64,000 nt of DNA, taken from the human T2T-CHM13v2.0 reference genome, Homo sapiens. The notes under the pieces were generated by a model. The model was not told the origin of the DNA, ran no database searches, and saw only the letters and a list, made by a program, of their open reading frames with translations. Shown one piece after another: positions 23,041-41,682 of the stretch. The first letter of the stretch is position 1; every line of letters starts with the position of its first letter. Both the position numbers and the translations under genes were made by a program. The stretch lies in the NCBI RefSeq assembly GCF_009914755.1, contig NC_060946.1, one strand, 5' to 3'.

Positions 23041-23647
23041 CGCTGACTGTTTGCTCCCGGAGCTCTGCGGGCACCTAGAAACATGCAGGGAAGGGTGGAA
23101 GACTGGCCTGGTGCCTTCACTCTCCTTGCCAGGTTCCAAACCGGCCACACTGCAGACTCCCCATGTTGCCGCACACGGGAATCCGTCGTCAGGCCATCAC
23201 GCGGGGAGGCATCTTCTCTCTGGGGTCCCGCTGTGGTTTCCTACGTGGAAATAAACGAGAGCCACGCGCCTGCGCGTGTGAGACTTTCCCAGCAACGGCG
23301 ACACCCACAGGCACTGCCTCCTTCACGGAGAGAGGGCCTGGAACACTCGAGACTCCCACTGAGGTTCAGTTCCACACTCCCCTCCACCCTCCCAGGCCGG
23401 TTTCTCCATGCTGAAGCCAAGTGGGAGCCCAGAGAGCTGCTTACAGTTCCCACGGTATTCCTGGAGAGGTCGGGAGAGCCAGCTCCCGAAACGTGCCCCC
23501 CTCACCCCTTCCCCCACGCTCCCTTTCTCTTCGTCTCTCCCGCCCCACCACCACCAACACCACGCCCTACCCCCCCACCCCACCAACCCCCGGCCGCAGG
23601 CCTCGGTGCCCTGGGACACTTCCGGGGTGTTGCGGGCTGTCCCAGGG

Positions 23648-23699
23648 CTCATCGCCATTCATGAAGGGGTGGAGCGTGCCTGCCTGCAGGGCTTTATAA
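23648..23699 (+). promoter_or_regulatory. DBE-like element plus TATAA box (unit 3)
   Basis: CGCCATTCATGAAGGGGTGGAG; TATAA at 23695-23699. Confidence 0.68.
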
Positions 23700-23765
23700 G
23701 AGCCGCTTGCTGGCTGTCCAGGCAGGCCTCCTGGCTGCACCTGTCACAGTGCACAGGCCGGCTGA

Positions 23766-25101
<1,336 letters not shown>

Positions 25102-25692
25102 GACGCGGGGTTGGGACGGGGTCGGGTCGGGTCAGGGCTGTGGCCTCTCTTTCGCGGGGAACACCTGGCTGGCTATGGAGGGTCGTGTCTTCCCCACACG
25201 CCCTCCACCAGGCTGACCGGCCAGGGATTCCAGCCTGCTAGGTCTAGGCCCGGTGAGAGACTCCACACAGCGGAGAACTGCCATTCTTTCCTGAGCATTC
25301 CGAGGATCCCAGGTCCGGGCCAGGTACCAGATGGTGGGCGGCCTACTGTGCACGCGCGGGTTTGCGGGCAGCCGCCGGGTCTGTGGGGACAGCCCGGACA
25401 GACCTCTCATGCCTTTCCACCACCCCACCGCCGCCTGACCACCCTCTCCCCACAGCCAGCCCCCACCCCTGGAAAATGCGTCCTCTCCTGGGCTGGGTTG
25501 AGACCGCCGTCCCGCAAAATACAGGGCCCGCACAGCGTCCAGGCCTGACACCCCTCTGGCGGCTCGCCTCCTCTGCGCCTCCGCGCCACTGTCGCCAGAC
25601 TGCCCATGCACCTGCAACTTCCCAGCTGCCACCATGGAGCGCCTGGCGGTGGAACGCAGACCTCTAGCTCTCTTTACTGGCCTCCTGGCTAG

Positions 25693-25870
25693 ACCTGCGC
25701 TCATTGCGCACCCCGGCTGACGTGCAAGGGAGCCCGCTGGCCTCTCTGTGCCCTTGTCCGTCCGTGGAATTGCAGCTGAGACTGTCCCAACACCTTATGA
25801 TGCTCTTTTGTCAAAGCCTGGAGAATAGTTACATCTCCTGGATGATCAGTTCAGAAATATGTCACAATGC
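25693..25870 (+). other. pLAM / exon-3-like segment without a PAS (unit 3)
   Basis: GGCTAG|ACCTGCGC acceptor; GTCACA at 25861-25866 in place of ATTAAA. Confidence 0.8.
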
Positions 25871-28800
25871 CCCCTCCCTGTGGAGCCTAGAGAAGATTTG
25901 CAACATTTGGGTGATCAGTGCAGAGATATATCACAATGTCCCCTATACAAAAAGCCTGGAAATGATTTACATCACCTCGGTTATCAGTGCATAGGTATGT
26001 CAGAAATCCCCAGTAGGCTGAACCTAGACAAGGGTTACATCACTTAGGTGATCAGTGTAGAGATATGTGAAAATTCCCTTGTAGACAGAGCCTAGACAAG
26101 TGTTACATCACCTAGTGATCAGTGCAGGGATAAGTCGTAAAGCCTCCCATAGGCAGAGTGTAGACAAGTGTTTCCTCCCTGAAGTGATCAGTGTAGAGAT
26201 ACGTCACAAAGCCCCTGTAAGCAGAACCTTGAGAAGGGTTACATCACCTGTTGATCAGTGGAAACATATATCAGAAAGCGCCCTGTAGGCAAAGCCCAGA
26301 AAACAGTTACATCACCTGGGTGAGCAGTGGAGAGATCTGTTACAATGCCCCTGTAGGCAGAGCTTAGTGAAGGGTTACATCACCTGGGTGATCAGTTGAG
26401 AGGTATGTCAAAACGCTCCTGTAGGCTGAACCAAGACAGGAGTTACATCACCCGGGTGATCAGTGCAGAGATATGTGAGAATTCCAGTGTCGGCAGAGTC
26501 TACACAAGTGTTACATCACCTAGGTTATCAGTACAGGTATAAGTCATAAAGCCTCCTGTAGGCAGAGCGTAGACAAGAGTTCCCTCCCCAGGGTGATCAG
26601 TGCAGAGATGTGTCACAAAGCCCCTGTAGGCAGAGCCTAGACAAGAGTTTCATCACTTGGTTGATCAGTTCAGAGATGTGTCACAATGTCCATGTAGGCA
26701 GATCTAAGACAGGAGTCCATCACCTGGGGGATCAGTGCAAAGATATATACCAATGTCCCCTGTAGGCAGTGCCTAGACAAGAGTTGCATCACCTCAGAGA
26801 TCAGTGCAGAGATATGTCACAAAGCCTTCGGTAAGCAAAGCCCATACAAGGCTTACATCACCTAGGTGATCAGTGCAGTGATATGTCACAAAAATCCCTG
26901 TAGACAGAGCCTGGAAAAGAGTTACATCACCTGGGTGATCAGTGGAGATATTTGAAAAAATGCCCCCATAGACAGAGCCTAGACAAGACTTCCATCACCT
27001 GGGAGAACAGTGCAGAGATATGTCACAAATCTCTCTCTAGGCAGAGTATAGACAAAAGCCCCATCACTTGGATGATCAGTGCAGAGTAATGCCACAAATT
27101 CCCTTTAGGCAGATCCTAGACAAGTGTTACATCACTTGGATGATCAGTGCAGAGATACGACACAATGCCACTGTAGGCAGAGCAGAGACAAGTATTACAT
27201 GACCTAGGTGATCAGTGCAGAGATACATCGCAATGTCCCTGTAGGCAGAGCCTTGACAAGTGCTACATCACCTGGGTGATCATTGCAGGGATATGTCACA
27301 AAGAACGCTGTAGGCAGATCCTAGAAAAGAGTTATATCACCTATGTGATCAGGGCAGAGATTTGTCAAAATTCCCTGTAGGCAGTGCTTATAAATGTGTT
27401 ACATCACCTAAGAGATCAGTGCAGAGATATGCCACAAAGCTCCTGTAGGCAGAACTTAGATGAGTTACATCACCTGTGTGATCACTGAAAAGGTATGTCA
27501 CAAAGACCCATATAGCCAAAGCCTAGACCATAGTTACATCACTTGGGTGATGAGTGGCGAGATCTCTCACAATTCCCCTGTAGGCAGAGGTTATACAACA
27601 GTTACATCACCTGGGTGATCAGTGTAGAGATATGTCACAATGCCCCCATAGGCAGATCCAAGACAAGAGTCCGTCACCTGGGTGATCAGTGCAGAAAAAT
27701 GTCACAAAGCCTCCTCAGGCAGAGCCTAGAAAAAAGCCCCATCAGCTGGATGATCAGTGCAGAGTTATGTCACAAAGTCCTTTTAGGCAGATCCTAGACA
27801 ATTGTTACATAACTTGGATGATCAGTGCAGAGATATGTCACAATGCCACTGTAGGAAGAACATAGACTAGAGTCACATGACCTAGGTGATCAGTGCAGAA
27901 ATACATCACAATGTCCCTTTAGTCAGAGCCTTGATAAGTGGTATATCAACTGGGTGATCATTGCAGGGATATGTCACAAAGCACCCTTAGGCAGATCCTA
28001 GAAAAGACTTACATCACCTGGGTGATCAGTGCAGGGATATGTTACAATGCCACTGTTGGCAGAACCTAGACAAGAGTCCCATCACCTGGGTGATCAGTGC
28101 AGAGTTCTGTCACAATTCCCCTGTAGGCAGAGCCTTGACAAGTGGTATATCACCTGGGTGATCAATGCAGGGATATGTCACAAAGAACCCTGTAAGCAGA
28201 TCCCAGAGAAGAGTTATATCACCTGGGTGATCAGTGCAGAGATATGTCACAAGCCCCGTATAGGCACAGCTTAGACAAGAGTTATATCACCTGGGTGATC
28301 AGTGCAGTGTTATGTCACAATGCCGTGTAGCCAGAGCCTAGATTAAAGTTACAGCACCTGGGAGATCTGTGCAGAGATATGTCACAATGTCCCCAGTAGG
28401 CAGAGACCAGGCAAGAGTTGGATCACCTCGGGATCAGTGCAGAGATATGTCTCAATCCCCCTGTGGGCACAGCCCAGACAAGAGTTACATCACCTCGGTT
28501 AACAGTGCAGAGATATGTCAAAATGCCCCTGTAGGCAGAGCCTACACAAGTTTTACATTACCGAGGTGATCAGTGCAGAGATATGTCACAATACCCCCTG
28601 TAAGCAGAGCCTAGACAAGAGTTACATCACCTGTGTGATCAGTGCAGAGATATGTGACAAGGCCCCTTTAAGCAGAGCCTAGACAATAGTTACATCACCT
28701 GAGTGATCAGTGCAGAAATCTGTCACAATGCCCCTTTAGGCAGAGCTAAAACCAGGGTTACATAACCTGGGTGATCAGTGCAGAGGTATGTCACAATGCC

Positions 28801-29337
28801 CCCAAAGGCAAATCCAAGACAAGAGTCCGTCACCTGGGTGATCAGTGCAGAAATATGTGACAATGCCCCAAGTAGGCAGAGCCTATAGAAGAGTCCCATC
28901 TCCTGGGTGATCAGTGCAGAGATATGTCACAATGCCCCTGCAGGCAGAGCGGAAGCAAGAGTTACATCACCTAGATGATCAGTGCAGTGATATGTCACAA
29001 AGCCCCCTATAGGCGGATCCTGGACAAGAGTTACATCACCTCGGTGATCAATGCAGTGATATGTCACTATGTCCCGTAGGCAGAGCCTAGTCAAGCGTTA
29101 CATCACCTTGGTGATCAGTGCAGAGATATGTCACAAAGACCCCATACATAGTGCCTAGTCAAGAGTCCCATCACCTGGGTGATCAGTGCAGAAATATGTC
29201 ACAATGCCCCCATGGGCAGATCCAACACAAGAGTTACATCACCTGGGTGATCAGTGTAGGGGTATGTCACAATGCCTCTATAGGCAGAGCCTAGACAAGG
29301 GTTATATCACATTGCTGATCAGTTCAGAAATGAGTCA
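25807..29337 (+). repeat. Beta-satellite array, block 4
   Basis: Tandem 68-bp monomers. Confidence 0.97.
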
Positions 29338-29943
29338 TGCTGACTGTTTCCTCCCGGAGCTCTGCGGACACCCGGAAACATTCAGGGAAGGGTGCAAGAG
29401 CTGCATGGTGCCTTCGCTCTCCTTGCCAGTTTCCAAACCGGCCACACTGCAGACTCCCCATGTTGCCGCACACAGGAATCCATCGTCAGGCCATCACCCC
29501 TGGGAGGCATCTTCTCTCTGGGGTCTCGCTCTGGTCTCCTACGTGGAAATGAACGGGAGCCACTCCCCTGTGCGTGTGAGACTGTCCCGGCAACGGCGAC
29601 ACACAGGCACTTCCTCCTTCACAGAGAGAAGGCCTGGAACACTCAAGACTCCCACCGAGGTTCAGTTCCACACTCCCCTCCACCCTCCCAGGCCGGTTTC
29701 TCCCTTCTGAAGACGCGTGGGAGGCCAGAGAGTGGCTTCCACTTCCCGCGGGATTCCTGGAGAGGTCCGGAGAGCCAGCCCCTGAAACGCGCCCCTCTCA
29801 CCACTTCCCCCTCGCCAACTTCCTCTTCGTCTCCTCGGCACCACCACCGCCATCACCAAGCCCTACCCCCCCACCCCACCACCCCTCGGCCGCAGGCCTT
29901 GACGCCCTGGGACCCTTCCGGGGTGGGGTGTACTGTCCCGGAA

Positions 29944-29995
29944 CTCACTGCCAGTCATGAATGTGTGGGGCCTGCCTGCCTGCGGGCCTTTATAA
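29944..29995 (+). promoter_or_regulatory. Degenerate DBE plus TATAA box (unit 4)
   Basis: CCAGTCATGAATGTGTGG (CCAT core lost); TATAA at 29991-29995. Confidence 0.55.
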
Positions 29996-31397
<1,402 letters not shown>

Positions 31398-31987
31398 GAC
31401 GCAGGGTTGGGGCGGGGTCGGGTCGGGGCAGTGCGGTGGCCTCTCTTTCGCGGGGAACACCTGGCTGGCTATGGAGGGGCGTGTCTTCCCCCCACCCCCT
31501 CCACCGGGCTTAACGGCCTGGGATTCCTGCCTTCTAGGTCTAGGCACGGTGAGAGCCTCCACACAGTGGAGAACTGCCATTCTTTCCTGAGCATCCCGGG
31601 GATCCCAGAGCTGGCCCAGGAACAAACAGGTGGGTCGCGTACTGCGCACGTGCGGAATTGCGGGCAGCCGCCAGGGCTGTGGGAGGATCCCGGGCAGAGC
31701 TCTCATGCTTTTCCACCACCCCAGCCCCGCCTGACCACCCCATCCCCACCCCCACCACCACCCCGGAAAATGCGTCATCCCCTGGGATGGATGGAGACCC
31801 CAGTCACGCGAAACACTGGGCCCACGCAGCGTCCAGGCCTGACACCCCTCTGGTGTCTCACCTCCTCTGCACCTCCGCTCCACCGTTGCCGGCCCTCCCA
31901 GTGCCCTTGTGGCATCCCTGCTGCAACCATGCAGGGCCTGGCGGCGGAATGCAGACCTCTAGCTCTCTTTGCCGGCCTCCTGGATAG

Positions 31988-32165
31988 ACCTGCGCTAATT
32001 GCGCACCCCGGCTGACGTGCAAGGGAGCCCGCTGGCCTCTCTGTGCCCTTTTCCGTCCGGGGAATTCTGGCTGAGGCTCTCCCAACACCTTCCGACACTC
32101 TTTAGTCAAAGCCTGGAGAATAGTTACATCTCCTGGATGATCAGTTCAGAAATATGTCACAATGC
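31988..32165 (+). other. pLAM / exon-3-like segment without a PAS (unit 4)
   Basis: GATAG|ACCTGCGC acceptor; GTCACA at 32156-32161. Confidence 0.78.
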
Positions 32166-35100
32166 TCCCTCCCTGCGGAGCCTAGAGAAGATTTACATCA
32201 TTTGGGAGATCAGTGCAGAGATATATCACAATGTCCCCTGTACAAAAAGCCTGGAAATGATTTACATCACCTCGGTGATCAGTGCATAGGTATGTCAGAA
32301 ATCCCCAGTAGGCTGAACCTAGACAAGGGTTACATCACTTAGGTGATCAGTGTAGAGATATGTGAAAATTCCCATGTAGACAGAGCCTAGACAAGTGTTA
32401 CATTACCTAGTGATCAGTGCAGGGATGAGTAAGTCGTAAAGCCTCCTGTAGGCAGAGTGTAGACAAGTGTTTCCTCCCTGGGGTGATCAGTGCAGAGTTA
32501 TGTCACAAAGCCCTGTAAGCAGAACCTTGACAAGGGTTACATCACTTGTTTGATCAGTGGAAATGTATATCACAAAGCCCCCTGTAGGCAAAGCCCAGAC
32601 AATTGTTACATCACCTGGGTGAGCAGTGGAGAGATCTGTCACAATGCCCCTGTAGGCAGAGCTTAGTGAAGGGTTACATCACCTGGGTGATCAGTGCAGA
32701 GATATGTCAAAATGCTCCTGTAGGTTGAAACTAGACAGGAGTTACATCACCTGGGTGATCCGTGCAGAGATATGTGAGAATTCCCGTGTAGGCAGAGCCT
32801 AGACAAGTGTTACGTCACCTAGGTTATCAGTGCAGGTATAAGACATAAAGCCTCCTGTAGGCAGAGCGTAGACAAGAGTTCCTCCCCAGGGTGATCAGTG
32901 CAGAGATGTGTCACAAAGCCCCTGTAGGCAGAGCCTAGACCAGAGAATCATCACTTGGTTGATCAGTTCAGAGATGTGTCACAATGTCCATGCAGGCATA
33001 TCTAAGACAAGAGTCCATCACCTGGGTGATCAGTGCAGAGATATGTACCAATGTCCCCTGCAGGCAGTGCCTAGACAAGAGTTGCATCACCTCAGAGATC
33101 AGTGCATAGATATGTCACAAAGCCTTCTGTAGGCAAAGCCGATACAAGGCTTATATCACCTAGGTGATCAGTGCAGTGATATATCACAGAAATCCCTGTA
33201 GACAGAGTCTAGAAAAGAATTACATCACCTGTGTGATCAGTGCAGGTATTTGACACAATGCCCCCATAGAAAGAGCCCAGACAAGACTTCCATCACCTGG
33301 GTGATCAGTGGAGAGATGTGTCACAATTCCCCCTCTAGGTAGAGTATAGAGAAAAGTCCCATCACCTGGGTGATCAGTGCAGAGATATTTCACAATGCTC
33401 CCTGTAGGCAGAGAGTGGACAAGAGTTACATAACATAGGTGATCTGTGCAGAGCTATGTCAAAACGCCCCTGTAGGCAGAGCCTAGATAAATGTTACATC
33501 ACCTGGGTGATCCGTGCAGAGATACGTCACAATACACCCTGTAGGTGGAGCCTAGACAAGAGTTACATCACCTGGGTGATCAGTGCAGAGAAAAGTCACA
33601 ATACACCCTGTAGGTGGAGCCTAGACAAGAGTTACATCACCTGGGTGATCAGTACAGAAATATGTCACAAAGCCCCTGTAGGCAGATCCTAAACAAGAGT
33701 TACATCTCCTCGGTGATCAGTGCAGAAATATGTCACAAAGACCCTGTAGGCCGAGCCTAGACATGAGTTACATCTCCTGGGTGATCAGTGCAAAGATATG
33801 TCACAAAGACCCTTGTAGACAAATCCCAGAAAATTGTTACATCACCTCCGTGATCACTGGAGACATCTGTCACAATTCCCCTTTAGGCCCAGCTTAGACA
33901 AGCGTTACATCACATGAGTGATCAGTTCCGAGATATGTCACTATGCCCCCACAGTCAGATCCAAGACAAGGGTCCATCACCTCGGTGATCAGTGCATAAA
34001 TATGCGACAATGCCGCCAGTAGGCAGATATACACAAGAGTTACATCACGTGTGTGATCACTGCAGAGATATGTCACAATGCCCCTGTAGGCAGAGACTAG
34101 ACAAGTGTCCCATCACCTGGGTGATCAGTGAAAAGTTATGTCACAATGCCCCTTTTGGCAGAGCCTAGAAAAGGGTTACATCACCTGGGTGATCAGTGCA
34201 GAGATGTGTCACAAGCCCCCTGTAGCCAGAGCCTAGACAAGTGTTATATCAGCTGTGTGATCTGTGCAGTGACATGTCACAATGTCCCTGTAGCCATATC
34301 CCTGACAAAAGTGACATCACCTGGGTGATCAGTGCGGAGATTTGTCACAATGTCTCCAGTAGGCAGAGCCTAGACAAGAGTTACATCACCTGGGTGATCA
34401 GGGCAGTGATACGTCACAATGCCCCCTGTAAGCAGATCCCAGTCAAGAGTTGCATCACCTCGGTGATCAGTGCACAGATATGTCTCAATGCCCCCTGTCG
34501 GCGAAGCCTATACAAGAGTTACATCATCTCGGTGATCAGTGCAGTGATATGTGAAAATGCACCTGTAGGCAGTGCCTAGACAAGAGTTACATCCCCTGGG
34601 TGATCAGTGAAGAGATATCTCACCATACCACCTGTAAGTAGAGCCTAGACAAGAGTTCCATCACCTGGGTGATCAGTGCAGAGATATGTCATAAATTCCA
34701 CTGTAGGCAAAGCCTAGACAAATTTTACATCACCTCAGCGATCAGTGCAGAGATATGTCCCAATGTCCCTATAGGCAGAGCTTAGACAAGAGTCACAACT
34801 CCTAGGCGATCAGTGCAGAGATAAGTCACAATGCCCCCATAGGCAGAGCCTAGAAAAGAGTTACATAACCCGGGTGATCAACAGTGCAGAGATATGTAAC
34901 TATGCTCCCATAGGCAGATCCAAGACAAGAGTCCATCACCTGGGTGATCAGTGCAGAAACATGCCACAATGCCGCTAGTAGGCAGATATAGACAAGAGTT
35001 GTATCACCTGCGTGATCACTGCAGAGATATGTCACAATGCCCCTGTTGGCAGAGCCTAGACAAGAGTCCCATCACCTGGGTGATCAGTGAAGAGTTATGT

Positions 35101-38100
35101 CACAAGGACCCCTTTTGGAAGAGCCTAGACAAGGGTTACATCACCTGGGTGATCAGTGCAGAGATGTGTCACAAGCCCCCTGTAGCCAGAGCCTAGACAA
35201 GAGTTACATCAGCTGTGTGATCAGTACAGTGACATGTCACAATGTCCCTGTAGCCACATCCTTGACAAAAGTGACATCACCTGGGTGATCAGTGCGGACA
35301 TATGTCACAATGTCTCCAGTAGGCAGAGCCTAGACAAGAGTTACATCACCTGGGTGATCAGGGCAGAGATATGTCACAATGCACCCTGTAAGAACATCCC
35401 AGAAAAGAATTGCATGACCTCGGTGATCAGTGTAGAGATATGTCACAATGTCCCCTGTAGGCAGAGCATAGAGAAGAGTTGCGTCACCTGGGTAATCAGT
35501 GCAGAGGTATGTCACAATGTCCCTTGTAGGTAAAGCCTAGGCAAGAATTACATCACCTTTGTCATCAGTTTAGTGAGATGTGAAAACGCCCCTGTAGGCA
35601 GAGCCTAGACACTGTTTACATCACCTAGTTGATCAGTGCAGATATATCTCACAATACCCCCTGTAGGCATATCCTAGACAAGAGTTGAATCACCTGGGTG
35701 ATCAGTGCAGAGATATTTCACAATGCCCCCATTGGGCAGAGGGTACACAAGAGTTACATCACCTAGGTGATCAGTGCAGAGATTTGTCAAAATTCCCTGT
35801 AGGTAGTGCTTATAAAAGTGTTACATCACCTATGTGATCATTGAAGAGATATGTCACAAAGCTCCTGTAGGCAGAGCTTAGATGAGTAACGTCACCTGGG
35901 TGACCAGTGAAAAGGTATGTCACAAAGCTCTCTGTAGGAAAATCCTAGACAATAGATAGTTACATCACTTGGGTGATCAGTGGCACGATCTCTCACAATT
36001 CCCCTATAGGCAGAGCTTATACAACAGTTACATCACCTGGGTGATCAGTGCAGAGATATGTCACAATGCCCCTTTAGGCAGAGCTTAGACCAGAGTTACA
36101 TCAACTGGGTGATCAGTGCAGAGATATGTCACAATGCCCCAAATGGCAAATCCAAGACAAGAGTCTGTCACCTGGGTGATCAGTGCAGAAATATGTCACA
36201 ATGCCCCCTTAGGCAGAGCCTAGACAAAAGCCCCATCACCTGGATGATCAGTGCAGGGTTATGTCACAAAGTCCCTTTAGGCAGATCCTAGAAAAGAGTT
36301 ACATCACCTGGGTGATCAGTGCAGAGATATGTCACAATGCCACTGTAGGCAGAGCCTAGACAAGTGTTACATGACCTCGGTGATCAGTGCAGAGATACAT
36401 CGCAATGCCCCTGTAGGCAGAGCCTACACAAGTGTTACATCACTTAGGTGATCAGTGCAGAGATATGTGACAATTCCCCCTGAAAGCAGAGCCTAGACGA
36501 GTTACATCACCTGGGTGATCAGTGCAGAGATATGTCACAATGTCCCCTGGAGGCAGAGCATAGAGAAGAGCTGCATCACCTGGGTGATCAGTGCAGAGAT
36601 ATGTCACAATGTCCCCTGTAGGCAGAGCATAGGGAAGAGTTGCATCAGCTGGGTGATCAGTGCAGAGATATGTCACAATGTCCCCTGTAGGCAAAGCCAA
36701 GGCAAGAGTTACATCACCTTTGTCATCAGTTCAGGGATATGTGAAAACGCCACTGTAGGCAAATCCTAGACAAGGGTTGAATCACCTGGGTGATAAGTGC
36801 AGAGACATTTCACAATGCCCCCTTTGGGCAGAGGGTAGACAAGAGTTACATCACCTAGGTGATCAGTGCAGGGATTTGTCAAAATTCCCTGTAAGCAGTG
36901 CTTATAAAAGTGTTACATCACCTAAGTGATCAGTGCAGAGATATGTCACAAAGCTCCTGTAGGCAGAACTTATGAGTTACATCACCTGGGTGATCAGTGC
37001 AAAGGTATGTCACAAAGCCCCCTGCAGGCAAAGCCTAGACAATAGTTACATCACCTGGGTGATAAGGGTCGATATCTCTCACAATTCCCCTGTAGGCAGG
37101 GCTTATACAACAGTTACATCACCTGGGTGATCAGTGCAGAGATATGTCACAATGCCCCCATAGGCAGATCAAAGATAAGAGTCTGTCACCTGGGTGATCA
37201 GTGCAGAAATATGTCACAATGCCCCTTTAGGCAGAGCCTAGAAAAAAGCCCCAAAACCGGGATGATCAGTGCAGAGTTATGTCACAAAATCCCTTTAGGC
37301 ATATCCTAGACAAGAGTTACATCACTTGGATGATCAGTGCAGAGATATGTCACAATGCCACTGTAGGCAGAGCGTAGACACGATTTACATGACCTAGGTG
37401 ATCAGTGCAGAGTTACATCGCAATGTCCCTGTAGGCAGAGACTTGACAAGTGGTACATCACCTGGGTGATCATTGCAGGGATATGTCACAAAGCAACCTG
37501 TAGGCAGATCCTAGAAAAGAGTTACATCACCTGGGTGATCAGTGAAGAGATATGTCACAATTCCACTGTAGGCAGAGACTAGACAAGAGTTCCATGACCT
37601 AGGTGATCAGTGCAGAGATACATCGCAATGCCCCTGTAGGCACAGACTTGACAAAGGGTATATCACCTTGGTGATCATTGCACGGATATGTCACAGAGCA
37701 CCATGTAGGCAGATCCTAGAGAAGAGTTAAATCACCAGGGTGATCAGTGAAGAGATATGTCACAAGAACCCTTTAGGCAGAGCCTAGACAAGAGTTATAA
37801 CACCTGGGCGATCAGTGCAGTGATATATCATAATGCCGTGTATCCAGAGGCTAGACTAAAGTTACTGCACCTGGGAGATCAGTGCAGAGATATGTCACAA
37901 TGTCTCCAGTAGGCAGAGACTAGGCAAGAGTTGGATCACCTCGGGATCAGGGCAGAGATAGTTCTCCATCCCCATGTGGGCATAGCCTAGACAAGAGTTA
38001 CATCACCTCGGTTAACAGTGCAGAGATATGTCAAAATTCCCCTGTACGCAGAGCCTACACAAGTGTTACATCACTTAGGTCATCAGTGCAGAGATATGTC

Positions 38101-39010
38101 ACAATACCCCCTGTAAACAGAGCCTAGACAATAGTTACATCACTTCGGTGATCAGTGCAGAGATATGTCACAATGCCCCCTGGAGGCAGAGCATACAGAA
38201 GAGCTGCATCACCTGGGTGATCAGTGAAGAGATATGTCACAATGTCCCCTGTAGGCAAAGCCTAGGCAAGAGTTACATCACCTTTGTCATCAATTCAGGG
38301 ATATGTGAAAACGCCGCTGTAAGCAGATCCTAGACAGGAGTTGAATCACCTGGGTGATTAGTGCAGAGATATTTCACAATGCCCCCTTTGGGCAGATGGT
38401 AGACAAGAGTTACATCACCTAGGTGATCAGTACAGAGATTTGTCAAAATTCCCTGTAGGCAGTGCTTATAAAAGTGTTACATCACCTAAGTGATCAGTGC
38501 AGAGATATGTCACAAAACTTCTGTAGGCAGAACTTAGATGAGTTACATCACCTGGGTGATTAGTGCAAAAGTATGTCACAAAACCCCCTTTAGGCAAAGC
38601 CTAGACAGTAGTTACATCACTTGGGTGATCAGTTTCGAGATCTCTCACAATTCCCCAGTATGCAGAGCTTACACAATGGTTACATCACCTGGGTGATCAG
38701 TGCAGAGATATGTCACAATGCCCCCTTAGGCAGAGCCTAGACAAAAGCCCCAAAACCGGGATGATCAGTGCAGAGTTATGTCACAAAATCCCTTTGGGCA
38801 GATCCTAGACAAGTGTTACATCACTTGGATGATCAGTGCGGAGATATGTCACAATGCCACCTTAGGGAGAGCCTAGACAAGAGTTACATGACCTAGGTGA
38901 TCATTGTAGAGATACGTCACAATGTCCCTGTAGGCAGAGCTTTGACAAGTAGTACATCACCTGGGTGATCATTGCTGGGATATGTCAGAAAGCATCCTGT
39001 AGGCAGATCC
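32101..39010 (+). repeat. Beta-satellite array, block 5
   Basis: Tandem 68-bp monomers, ending abruptly at an inversion breakpoint. Confidence 0.97.
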
Positions 39011-39616
39011 TGCAATGAGCGCAGGTCTAGTCAGGAGGCCGGCAAAGAGAGCTAGATGTCTGCGTTCCGACGCCAGGCGCTCCATGGTGACAGTTGGGAG
39101 GTTGCAGGTGCACGGGAGGTCCGGCGACTGTGGTGCGGAGGCGCAGAAGAGGAGAGCCGCCGGAGGAGTGTCAGGCCTGGACACTGTGCGGGTCCGGTAT
39201 TTTGCAGGATGGGGGTCTCCACCCAGCCCAGGGGAGGATGCATTTTCCGGGAGTGGGGGTGGGAGTGGGGATGCCGTGGTCAGGCGGGGGTGGGGTGCTG
39301 GAAAGGCATGAGAGCTCTACCCGGCCTGTTCCCACAGCCCAGGCGGCTGCCGGCAAACCCGCGCGTGTGCAGTAGGCGGCCCACCTGGTGGTACCTGTGC
39401 CGGCTCTGGGATCCCTGGAAAGCCCAGGGAAGAATGGCAGTTCTCCGCTGTGCGGAGCCTCTCACTGGGCCTAGAACTAGATGGCAGGAATCCCAGGCCA
39501 GTCAGACCGGTGGAGGGGTCGGTGTGAGGACACGCCCCTCCATAGCCAGCCAGGTGTTCCCCGTTAAAGAGAGACCACCGCCCTGCCCCGACCCAACCAC
39601 GTCCCAACCCCACGTC

Positions 39617-41074
<1,458 letters not shown>

Positions 41075-41682
41075 CCCTGGGAGAGCCCGCCCCACCCTCA
41101 AAGGGTCCCAGGGCGTCGAGGCCTGTGGTCGTTTTGTGGTGGGTTGGGGGCGGAGGGCGGGGTGATGGCGGTGGTTTGACCGGAGAGAAGAAGAGGAAGG
41201 GGGCGAGGGGGAAGTTGTGAGGGGGGCCCGTTTCGCAGGCTGGCTCTCCGGACCTCTCCAGGAATCCCGTGGGAACTGAAAGCCGCTCTCTGGGCTCCCA
41301 CGTTACTTCAGCAGGGAGAAACCAGCCTGGGAGGGTGGAGGGGAGTGGGGAACTGAACCTCCTTGAGAGTCTGGACTGTTCCAGGCCCTCTCTCCGTGAA
41401 GGATGCAATACCTGTGGGTGTTGCCGTTGCCGGGACTGTCTCACACATGCAAGCGTGTGGCTCTCGTTCATTTCCACGTAGGAGACCAGAGCGAGACCCC
41501 AGAGAGAAGATGCCTCCCCAGTGTTATGGCCTGACGATGAATTCCCGTGTGCGGCAACATGGGGAGTCTGCAGTGTGGCCGGTTTGGAAACTGGCAAGGA
41601 GAGCGAAGGCACCATGCCGTTCTTCCACCCTTCCCTGCATGTTTTCAGGTGCGCACAGAGCTCCGGGAGCAAACAGTCAGCA

